The notes under the pieces: model-generated | The model's input: only the letters and a program-made list of their open reading frames with translations | Database searches by the model: none | Told to the model about the DNA's origin: nothing | Position numbers and translations under genes: made by a program | NCBI GenBank assembly: GCA_964619725.1 | Contig: CAZUFC010000188.1 | Location: 1 to 12,810, forward strand | Length of the DNA: 12,810 bases | Origin: an uncultured bacterium | GTDB lineage: Bacteria > CSSED10-310 > CAZUFC01 | Reading direction: 5' to 3' | Shown here: positions 1 to 7,741 of the stretch, in pieces | Numbering within the stretch: the stretch's first letter is position 1 | Layout of the letters: each line of letters begins with the position of its first letter

Positions 1-88
1 CTGAGTTTCACTTGAGTATTTTATCAGTTTTAAAGTGGTTCAGTCAAAATCCGGGAAGAAACAGGTCCGTTCCCAGACTATTGATAGC

Positions 89-159
89 CTGTCCAGAAAC
101 CGCAGTGACTGTCCAGCATTAAATTTTGAATCGAGAATCGAGTTTGTGGACAGTCACTA
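89..159. repeat. Short inverted-repeat element (MITE-like remnant or strong hairpin)
   Basis: Perfect 12-bp inverted repeat AGTGACTGTCCA (104-115) / TGGACAGTCACT (147-158) with a 31-nt spacer. A third partial arm CTGTCCAGAAAC (89-100) matches the reverse complement of 142-153 (CTGTCCACAAAC) at 11/12. The spacer contains a tandem GAATCGA x2 (128-141). Confidence 0.6.
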
Positions 160-241
160 AATAAGCGTATCCGATTGTTCGGCATTGATCAAAAATGCGT
201 CTTTTGAGATTACAATTCAACAGTATCACCCATCATTTTGT

Positions 242-271
242 TTCGATTGCGACCCCGATACCGACCCCGAT
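242..271. repeat. Degenerate hexamer tandem repeat (NNCGAY x5)
   Basis: TTCGAT-TGCGAC-CCCGAT-ACCGAC-CCCGAT: five consecutive 6-mers with an invariant CGA core, in intergenic DNA. Confidence 0.6.
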
Positions 272-471
272 TACTGAAATAAATCGTCAAAAGTTTTGAA
301 AGAAGTGTAATCTCAGTTTGATCAGTCCCGTTTGTTTTTCTCTTCGACGCAGGCCCATTGAAAAATGCTTGCCTTCCTATGCCTTCTGCGGGAGCAGCAG
401 AATTCATACATTTTGTATGGTTTTTTTCCGGCATTTTTAATACACTGGCTTACGGCTATTGCTTAGTCATG

Positions 472-487
472 CATCATATTAATGATG
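472..487. promoter_or_regulatory. Palindromic candidate operator upstream of the dynamin-like genes
   Basis: CATCAT-ATTA-ATGATG, a 6-4-6 perfect palindrome ending 16 nt before the ATG at 504, in an AT-rich stretch and just downstream of a TTGCTT -35-like hexamer (459-464). Confidence 0.3.
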
Positions 488-503
488 GATTTTTAATATT
501 GAT

Positions 504-2309
504 ATGAAAGAGAATCGGCACAAAGTCATCAAAGATTTGAATTTGTTTCTTCAGGGACTGAAGAATATCCGGTCGATTACGCCCGGCATGGACGTCAATG
601 CTCTGGATTCGCCTATGAATCAATGCCGAAAGGAGATTGAAGCTTTCATTGCCCGATTCAGCTCCGGACTGGGCGCTCCGATGATCGCTTCGATTGTGGG
701 AGGCACCGGCGTAGGCAAATCGACCATATTGAATTCGCTGGCGGGGCGTGCCGTTTCAGAAACCTCGGTAAGGCGACCCTGCACCAGGAATCCTCTTTTC
801 TACTATCATAAAAAAGACAGGGATTTTCTTCATTCCGAATCATTTTTGCCGGGATATCCCCGTCATTATGTTCCGGGAAAGGAGCAGGCGCCGGAAGATT
901 CCCGGGTCAGGCTTTTGCTGTTTGAGCATTCCGATCCCGAATGGGAGAATATCATCCTGACTGATGTTCCCGATTTCGACAGTGTGGACAGGATAAACGA
1001 GCAGACGGCGAACGATATTTTCCGCGTTTCTGATTTAATAATGCTGGCGACGAATCCGTCACGGTATGCTGATGAGCAGCAATGGAAATATATACGAAAA
1101 ACGCTGGCGCAAGAGAAGAAACTCGTTTACCTGTTCAACCAGACGGAAAAAATGGAAGTCTATCTCGATTTTTACCACAAGCTGAAGGCTGAATCTTTAT
1201 GGAGACGTGCGTTTAAATTTCCCCGGCGCTTCGAGATCATGAAAGAGGAACGATTTCCCGATGACGTCCGGGAATTGAAGAACCTGAAGGATTATCTTAT
1301 TGAGACGGCCAGGACCGACTCACGCCGCGAAATAAAAAGACGGGAAATGATCGGAAGGAAAAAGTCTTTGGATGATCTTTTCCTCAGCCGGATTAAGGTC
1401 CCATTGTCTCTTGAAATACAAAGTTTCCACGAACTGTCGAGGGTGACGGCGGAGTGCGAATCTCACCGGATCGATGAAATTGACCAGAAGCTTGCGTCCG
1501 TGCTTGACGATGAGGAGGAGATAAAGCAGAGGATAAACCAGTTGATCCGGGAGAACATAGGCAAAATAGCTGACCCTTTGAGACGGTTTCGAAGAGTTGT
1601 TTATTTTCCGGTTGTTTATGCCGGCAGGGAATTGAGGAACCTTTGGAAAAAATTTAATCCTGAACAGGGCGAAAAGAAAATACCCGAACAGGTGAAATCG
1701 CTGCATGAAAAGAACAGTGAGATAATATGGCAGCAGGTGCGTTTGCTTCAGGAAGACGTGAGGAAAAAAATCAAAGAGCTGTCAATCGGGGATTTGATTT
1801 TATCGGGAAAGGAGTGGAGGGCGCTCGATTTCGGCAGGGCTGATGTTTCGGAAGCGTATGATAAGGGTAAAGAGGAACAGAAAAAGGCGTTGCGGGAGAA
1901 ATTTGAGCGGCTGACGGACCAGATCAAGGGGCAGAAAAGCTGGCGATTGCTGGCGGTTCAGATTTTATGGTTCGTTATGATCATCAGTTTGGAGATCGGT
2001 TCCGGCGGAGGGTTCGTATGGTTTGAGGGCTTGATCGACGCGCTGGTCTTTCCGGTTGTGGCGCCCATGCTGATCAGGGTGATGAGCTGGGACGAATTTA
2101 AATCCCTGACCAGGGAGGCGGCGAGAGAACATCAGCAGCTATGCGAAAACATTATAAAGCGTCAATCAGAAAGATACATCGCCTGGGTCGAGGAACAGGC
2201 GGAAGGATTAAAGCCTTTGAAGGACATGGAAGAACTTTATGGAGATTTAGATCAACGTTTAAAGGTTTTTTTGAACTTGCGGGATGAAGAAGAGGGCGAT
2301 TCGGTATGA
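504..2309 (+). CDS. Bacterial dynamin-like GTPase, first of pair (membrane-anchored)
   Basis: 601-aa ORF. G1 P-loop GGTGVGKS (699-722), G2 Thr in RRPCT, G3 variant DVPDFDS (963-983), PSRYAD motif, degenerate G4 NQTE (1137-1148). A long charged helical stalk follows, then a hydrophobic hairpin LLAVQILWFVMIISL..GGGFVWF..LVFPVVAPMLIRV (~1947-2081) and a C-terminal helical return. This is the bacterial dynamin-like layout. Confidence 0.85.
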   Translation: MKENRHKVIKDLNLFLQGLKNIRSITPGMDVNALDSPMNQCRKEIEAFIARFSSGLGAPMIASIVGGTGVGKSTILNSLAGRAVSETSVRRPCTRNPLFYYHKKDRDFLHSESFLPGYPRHYVPGKEQAPEDSRVRLLLFEHSDPEWENIILTDVPDFDSVDRINEQTANDIFRVSDLIMLATNPSRYADEQQWKYIRKTLAQEKKLVYLFNQTEKMEVYLDFYHKLKAESLWRRAFKFPRRFEIMKEERFPDDVRELKNLKDYLIETARTDSRREIKRREMIGRKKSLDDLFLSRIKVPLSLEIQSFHELSRVTAECESHRIDEIDQKLASVLDDEEEIKQRINQLIRENIGKIADPLRRFRRVVYFPVVYAGRELRNLWKKFNPEQGEKKIPEQVKSLHEKNSEIIWQQVRLLQEDVRKKIKELSIGDLILSGKEWRALDFGRADVSEAYDKGKEEQKKALREKFERLTDQIKGQKSWRLLAVQILWFVMIISLEIGSGGGFVWFEGLIDALVFPVVAPMLIRVMSWDEFKSLTREAAREHQQLCENIIKRQSERYIAWVEEQAEGLKPLKDMEELYGDLDQRLKVFLNLRDEEEGDSV

Positions 2310-4051
2310 GCGTCAGGAAGAAGCTGAAAGACATCCGGAATGCGACGTCACAAATCGAAACGTTGCTGAAAAAAAATAAAGACATCTTAGACGCCCGGTC
2401 TGTCGAAAGCCTTTTAAAGCAGGCAGATGAAATCCAGAAGAACCTCGATTCATTCGACCGTAATCTGAAAGTAGGTTTAGTCGGGGGGACAGGAGTAGGA
2501 AAATCGTCCATCATCAATGCCGTAGCCGGTCATGAAATATCGAAAACATCGGAAAAGCGTCCCTACACATCCAAAATTATCCTTTACCGTCACCAGGACG
2601 CCGTAATCAATGATATGCCGGATGAAATAAGTAAGAACCTGCACATTGCCGAACCTCACCGGGCCCGGGAACTCAAAACTATCCTGCTTTTCGACCTGCC
2701 TGATTTCGACAGCATAGAGGAAAAACACCGGAGGATTGTCCATTCCGCGCTTCCATTCATGGACCTGATCCTCTGGGTCGTCGACCCTGACAAATATGCT
2801 GACGGCATATTTTATAAGCTTTTATGCCAGGAAAATAAATATAAGAAAAATTTCGTGTTCATTGTGAACAAAATCGACCGTTTTGCCGAAAACAATAAAG
2901 AGGCGACTGATTCATCATTAAATACAGTCGTTAATGATTTCCGGGATAAACTTTCTGCCGAAGGCGTCGGTGATGCCGTCATCTTTCCGGTATCCGCTCG
3001 CGAAGCGTTCAGAGAGAAAACCGGGATTCAACAGTTGCAGAACGGACCTTTTCTGGAATTTGAAGATTTTCTTTACGGAAAGCTGGGAAAAAAACTGCAG
3101 GATCAGATCAAGGTGAAGAATCTGGATAAAAAACTGATGACTCTGGCAAAATCGCTGAACAGCTTTTTGCCGGCTGATTTGCTGCTGGAGAGAATATCAT
3201 CGGCGCGCCGGCAGATGGAGGAAGATTGGGACAGTTTATTGAAGTTCATTGACGGCAGCGTGATCAAGCCTTTGTTTTCCATGCATTTTAAAAGACAGTT
3301 ATGGTTGAATTTTGATGAAGCTTACAGGAGCGATTATCCTGGAGTCGTAGGACTGATGATGGATTTGAACTTCATGATAAAAAGGCTTGTGCGACTGCAG
3401 AAACCTTCCGCATCAGAGACGCCTGAATTGAAGGAGAGATTGAATCAGGCGGTTGATTTGGAGCTTTTGGGATGGCGGTTGAGCGAGTTCGAGGGACAGG
3501 TTCGTTCAAGACTTTCCGGGCCGGACGAAGTTCATAGGTTTGGTGAAATGCCGGATGACCGGTCATCCCGCGATCTTAGCATGGTGAATATTTTAAAAGA
3601 GAATTTAAATGAAGCAGATTCCCGGATTGAAGAGACTCTTTTCAGCGAGAGACGGACGAAGGGCCGGTTTCTTCAGCATTTATTGCCTGCCGGCGTTTTG
3701 GTTTTAATGTTATGGCCTGGCGTATCCCGGTTATGGATTGAAGGAGAAAAAGCGGCGTTGCCTTCGGCGGACCTTTTCTTGAAAGCGCCTTTTTATATCC
3801 TATTGATTTATTATATTGAGGCTTTGACGATAACGCGACGTTTTAAGCTGCGGTTCAACAAAACGATTTATGATTTGCGGGAGCGTTTCAGAGATAATCT
3901 TATTTCGGTATTGCATAAGAAGCTGTTTATCAATAAGCTGAAAAGAGCGGAACGCATCCGGGAATTTTTAGAAGAAACCAGAGGCGCTTCAAGGCATCTG
4001 GAGGAATTAACATCCGGAATCGATCGGGATTTAGTGAGTGAAAGAGGTTGA
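2306..4051 (+). CDS. Bacterial dynamin-like GTPase, second of pair (membrane-anchored)
   Basis: 581-aa ORF with ATGA overlap on the upstream stop (2306-2309). G1 GGTGVGKS (2483-2506), G2 KRPYT, G3 variant DLPDFDS (2693-2713), PDKYAD, canonical G4 NKID (2867-2878), G5-like VSAR. Helical stalk and two hydrophobic segments (LLPAGVLVLMLWPGV; LFLKAPFYILLIYYIEALTI) near the C-terminus. Confidence 0.85.
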   Translation: MSVRKKLKDIRNATSQIETLLKKNKDILDARSVESLLKQADEIQKNLDSFDRNLKVGLVGGTGVGKSSIINAVAGHEISKTSEKRPYTSKIILYRHQDAVINDMPDEISKNLHIAEPHRARELKTILLFDLPDFDSIEEKHRRIVHSALPFMDLILWVVDPDKYADGIFYKLLCQENKYKKNFVFIVNKIDRFAENNKEATDSSLNTVVNDFRDKLSAEGVGDAVIFPVSAREAFREKTGIQQLQNGPFLEFEDFLYGKLGKKLQDQIKVKNLDKKLMTLAKSLNSFLPADLLLERISSARRQMEEDWDSLLKFIDGSVIKPLFSMHFKRQLWLNFDEAYRSDYPGVVGLMMDLNFMIKRLVRLQKPSASETPELKERLNQAVDLELLGWRLSEFEGQVRSRLSGPDEVHRFGEMPDDRSSRDLSMVNILKENLNEADSRIEETLFSERRTKGRFLQHLLPAGVLVLMLWPGVSRLWIEGEKAALPSADLFLKAPFYILLIYYIEALTITRRFKLRFNKTIYDLRERFRDNLISVLHKKLFINKLKRAERIREFLEETRGASRHLEELTSGIDRDLVSERG

Positions 4052-4081
4052 TTCCGAAAACGTTCATCAAGGGAAACCAGC

Positions 4082-7000
4082 ATGAAGACGTTCGTATTGA
4101 TAATAGGATGGATATTTTTATCAGGTTTGTTTTTTTCTGAAGCGGCTCAGGGCGGCATCCTGTATGTAGATGACGATGGGCCGGGTGACCCCGGACCGGG
4201 GAATCCCGAGATAAGCGATCCTGAAGAGGACGGTTCGCTGGAGCATCCATATGATGCGATTCAGGAGGCGATTGACTTTGCGAACGGAGGAGATGTGGTG
4301 CTGGTATCGGACGGGACTTATAAGGGTAATGGGAACCGCGACATTGATTTTTCGGGTAAAGCGATTTCAGTAAAGTCAATGCTGGGACCTGAAGCGACGA
4401 TTATCGAATGTGAGGGATCGGAAGTTGAGGCGCATAGAGGGTTTATTTTTGAAAGAGGCGAGGATGAATATTCCCTATTATCGGGATTTACGATACGGCA
4501 TGGTTATGCAGCGGGAACGGGAGCTGACGGTTCAGGCGGAGCGATATATTGCAGCGCTTCGTCTCCGCTGATACGCAATTGCTTGATAATTGAAAATACG
4601 GCGGAAGTGAGCGGCGGCGGGATATTTTTGGATGGAGAGTCGCCTACTGTATTGAATTGTCAGTTGAAATGGAACAGTTCTGTATTTGCCGGCGGGGGCA
4701 TTGCGGCATTTTATACGACTGAAGCGCTGGCGGCGAATTGCCTGATAGAGGGAAATTCATCCGACCAGGGAGGGGGAGTTTACGTTGCAGAGTTTTCGAC
4801 TTTTGAGATGGTGCAATGCACTGTAATCGATAATTCGAACATGGGCGTTTACTGCGCTGACGAGACGACGGTATACATAGTCAACAGCATACTTTGGAAT
4901 GACCTGCCTTCTGAAATAAGGGGGAATCCGGCAGTGGCGTATTCAGACGTTGAGGGCGGACATGCGGGAACGGGAAATATAGATGAGTATCCCGAATTCA
5001 CCGGCGGTTCTCTGGGAGTTCATTATTTAAGCCAGACATCTGCCGGTCAGGCCCTGGACAGTCCCTGCATCGATGCCGGCAACGATTTAGCCGGAAACGT
5101 TTGTTTTACGTCAGTGGACGGCGCCGCGTGCATGAGCGGATCAGTGACGAGAACGGACCACTGGCATGATACAGGCATTGTGGATATGGGTTATCATTAT
5201 TTATTTTCCCGCCGTGATCTTTATGTGGATGACGATGCGCCGCACGACCCCGGTCCTGGTGATCCCCTGGTGAGCGATCCCCGGGAGAACGGATCGATAG
5301 AGCATCCCTTCGATGCTTTGCAGGAGGGGATAAATGCAGCCCTGGACGGAGATTTCGTTAATGTTTTTATGGGCATTTACAATGGAACTGGAAACAGAGA
5401 CCTGGATTTCATGGGTAAAGAGATAACGGTAGTTAATAAGGATTATCCTGATGAAGTTATTGTGAATTGCGAGGGTTCGGAGATCGAGCCGCATCAGGGA
5501 TTCCTGTTCATAAACGGAGAAGGGCTGAATGCTCAGTTGCACGGAATAACGATTCAGAACGGCTATGCTGAAAATACAGGCGGAGGCATTTATTGTTCGG
5601 GTTCTTCCCCTACATTTGCATGCTGTTCCATTACCATGAATACGGCGGGTAATACAGGCGGAGGAATATCATGCGTGAATCAGTCCTCACCAGAGGTCAT
5701 CAATTGCGCCGTGACTTTCAACCGGGCTGAAACGGGCGGCGGCGTCATTTGCGTCGGCGATTCATCACCGGATTTCACCAATTGTACCTTCAACGGCAAT
5801 ATGGCCAATGACGGCGGAGGTCTGGCATGCTCCAATTCTGAACCCGTATTGACGAATTGCATCATGTGGGCTGATGATCCCAATGAAGTGAGTTGCGGTT
5901 CTGCGCAGATAACTTATTCCGATATTATGGGTGGATTTACCGGTATCGGGAATCTGGCGCTGGACCCATTGTTTGTTGAAGGGCCTTACGGGATATTTTA
6001 TCTGAGTCAGGAAGCGAGCGGACAGCCGGGCGAAAGCCCTTGCGTGAATACAGGCAGCGATTTCGCTCAGAATATTATCTTCAGATATTACAACGTTTAT
6101 ATCGGCATGGATGACCTGACGACAGCAACCAACAATATCAAGGATATGGAAATCGCGGATATGGGTTTTCACTACGCCGGGCCGGGCGATCCTTATACTC
6201 CCACGCCAAAGCCGACCTTTTCTCCTGAACCGACCTTTACTTATACTTTGACGCCGACATTAACGCCGACAAGAACACCGACCAGAACTCAGACGGCAAC
6301 GTTGACGCCTACCAGGACGCCGACGGATACGCTTTCGCCGACAAGAACCCCGACCAGAACACCAACGAGAACCCCGACCCGCACGCCCACAGACTCTCCA
6401 ACAATTACGCTTTCCCCGACACGAACGCCGACAAACACGCCTACCGTAACGAAATCCCCCACCCGAACGCCGACAAACTCACCCACCGTTACGACAACCC
6501 CGACAAGAACTCCTACTGGAATGCCGACGTCAACAAACAGTCCGACGTGGACGCCGACTTTATCGCCGACGGTTACGGCAAGTCCGACCCGCACGCCTAC
6601 GATCTCTCCGACCGTGACGCGTTCCCCGACGCTGACGCCTACGTTATCGCCGACCAATACTCGATCCCCGACATTAACGCCGACGATAACCCAGAGTCCC
6701 ACCAGAACGTCCACTTTAACGCCGACGGTAACGTCTACATTTACGTTGAGCCCTACTCTTACGCCGACGACGACTGATACTCCGACCCGAACGCCCACAC
6801 TATCGCCTACATTCACGGTAAGTCCGACCCGAACGCCGACGTTGAGTCCGACAGTGACGCTGACCGTCACTTACAGCCCCACGCTCGAACCGACGCGAAC
6901 TCCAACTTTGACGCCGACGCGCTCGCCCACGCGCTCTCCCACTCGCACTCCGACAGGAACCATCTTTCCTACAAACTCGCCGACTGAAACCCCGACGACC

Positions 7001-7741
7001 GAGCCGACATCAACGTCGACAGAAACTCCTACTCGAACGCCGACAGCCACACCCACCAGGACGCCCACGTCAAGTCCCAGTTTAACGCCCACATTGTCGC
7101 CCTCTCCTTCACCCACAGGTACGATCATGCCCACATTAACGCCTACATTCTCCCCAACTCTTGTACCAACAAATACAGTCACGCCCACGACCTCGCCCAC
7201 GATATTTTCAAGTCCCAGCGCCACCCGGACCCAGGTCCCCTCCAGTACACCCACAGCGACCCCGACTTCTACTATGACGTCCACATTGACTCCGACTTTC
7301 ACTTCCACGTCATCCCCGACATGTTCCGCAACTCTTAACCCGTCACTTACGCCCACCATTGTTCCGACGGCTACTCCTGAAATAATTCTAGGCGTTGAGC
7401 TCACTCTTTCCAGGCGTTTTTTCCAGCCGGGAGATCACTTCATTCTGGATGCATACGTATCCAATCCCGGTCCTGATCCCTTTACAAATCAACCTTTCGT
7501 CGTTCTGCTGGATGTTTTCGGACTTTATTTCTGGCACCCCTCCTGGACCGAGGTTTTCGATTTTGAACTCCTCTATCTGGGTGAAGGCACAGTCAAAAAA
7601 GAAATCCTGAGATTCTACTGGCCCGATACCGGAGACGAGCAAGTAGAAAACCTCAAATTCTACGGCGCAATCCTCAACAAGGAATTCACGCGAATCCTGG
7701 GCCGTTTCGGGTTCATTATCTGGGGATACAGGCCGGGATGA
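4082..7741 (+). CDS. Large secreted/surface protein: 2x right-handed parallel beta-helix modules, Pro/Thr/Ser stalk, C-terminal beta-rich domain
   Basis: 1219-aa ORF with SD-like AAGGGA ~7 nt upstream. Sec signal [24 protein letters not shown]. Repeated GG(A/G)IxC..SP..NC.I..N rungs typical of pectin-lyase-like/Pmp-like beta-helices. Internal duplication, a ~394-aa PT/ST-rich region and a ~119-aa aromatic C-terminal domain. Confidence 0.85.
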   Translation: MKTFVLIIGWIFLSGLFFSEAAQGGILYVDDDGPGDPGPGNPEISDPEEDGSLEHPYDAIQEAIDFANGGDVVLVSDGTYKGNGNRDIDFSGKAISVKSMLGPEATIIECEGSEVEAHRGFIFERGEDEYSLLSGFTIRHGYAAGTGADGSGGAIYCSASSPLIRNCLIIENTAEVSGGGIFLDGESPTVLNCQLKWNSSVFAGGGIAAFYTTEALAANCLIEGNSSDQGGGVYVAEFSTFEMVQCTVIDNSNMGVYCADETTVYIVNSILWNDLPSEIRGNPAVAYSDVEGGHAGTGNIDEYPEFTGGSLGVHYLSQTSAGQALDSPCIDAGNDLAGNVCFTSVDGAACMSGSVTRTDHWHDTGIVDMGYHYLFSRRDLYVDDDAPHDPGPGDPLVSDPRENGSIEHPFDALQEGINAALDGDFVNVFMGIYNGTGNRDLDFMGKEITVVNKDYPDEVIVNCEGSEIEPHQGFLFINGEGLNAQLHGITIQNGYAENTGGGIYCSGSSPTFACCSITMNTAGNTGGGISCVNQSSPEVINCAVTFNRAETGGGVICVGDSSPDFTNCTFNGNMANDGGGLACSNSEPVLTNCIMWADDPNEVSCGSAQITYSDIMGGFTGIGNLALDPLFVEGPYGIFYLSQEASGQPGESPCVNTGSDFAQNIIFRYYNVYIGMDDLTTATNNIKDMEIADMGFHYAGPGDPYTPTPKPTFSPEPTFTYTLTPTLTPTRTPTRTQTATLTPTRTPTDTLSPTRTPTRTPTRTPTRTPTDSPTITLSPTRTPTNTPTVTKSPTRTPTNSPTVTTTPTRTPTGMPTSTNSPTWTPTLSPTVTASPTRTPTISPTVTRSPTLTPTLSPTNTRSPTLTPTITQSPTRTSTLTPTVTSTFTLSPTLTPTTTDTPTRTPTLSPTFTVSPTRTPTLSPTVTLTVTYSPTLEPTRTPTLTPTRSPTRSPTRTPTGTIFPTNSPTETPTTEPTSTSTETPTRTPTATPTRTPTSSPSLTPTLSPSPSPTGTIMPTLTPTFSPTLVPTNTVTPTTSPTIFSSPSATRTQVPSSTPTATPTSTMTSTLTPTFTSTSSPTCSATLNPSLTPTIVPTATPEIILGVELTLSRRFFQPGDHFILDAYVSNPGPDPFTNQPFVVLLDVFGLYFWHPSWTEVFDFELLYLGEGTVKKEILRFYWPDTGDEQVENLKFYGAILNKEFTRILGRFGFIIWGYRPG
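4157..6175 (+). repeat. Intragenic tandem duplication of a ~320-350-aa beta-helix module
   Basis: Module 1 (4157-5200) runs [39 protein letters not shown]...[10 protein letters not shown]...[12 protein letters not shown]...DMGYHY. Module 2 (5216-6175) runs [39 protein letters not shown]...[10 protein letters not shown]...[12 protein letters not shown]...DMGFHY. Confidence 0.9.
6197..7378 (+). repeat. Low-complexity (T/S)PTx coding repeat, mucin-like stalk
   Basis: About 394 codons dominated by TPTR/SPTL-type units. It includes seven consecutive 14-aa (42-nt) higher-order units at 6371-6664. Synonymous codons vary between units. Confidence 0.95.

Noticed and set aside
210..434. 74-aa minus-strand ORF
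   Set aside because: No recognisable motif. Its RGRYRGRNR stretch is simply the translation of the hexamer repeat, so it is likely spurious.
504..4051. Era/EngA ribosome-biogenesis GTPase or ABC ATPase call
   Set aside because: There is no KH domain, tandem G domains or ABC signature. The helical stalk, membrane hairpin and paired arrangement fit dynamin-like proteins instead.
658..5883. Numerous short ORFs antisense or out of frame within the dynamin and beta-helix genes (e.g. 1320-1706, 2152-2517, 3930-4379, 5201-5542)
   Set aside because: They overlap long, motif-bearing CDSs and have no protein-like features, so they are shadow ORFs.
6197..7378. Possible CRISPR array or DGR-type template/variable repeat in the periodic region
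   Set aside because: There are no identical direct repeats separated by unique spacers. Variation is concentrated at synonymous positions of an in-frame coding repeat, and no cas or reverse transcriptase gene is present.
6289..7404. Two Val/Gly-rich minus-strand ORFs (193 and 177 aa) and the Asp/Ala-rich + frame ORF 6547-6777
   Set aside because: These are the expected antisense (VGV) and shifted-frame (DAD) readings of a Pro/Thr repeat, not independent genes.
4082..7741. Classical autotransporter (Pmp-like) call for the large protein
   Set aside because: The C-terminal domain is only ~119 aa, too short for a 12-stranded type Va barrel, and it does not end in a terminal aromatic residue.
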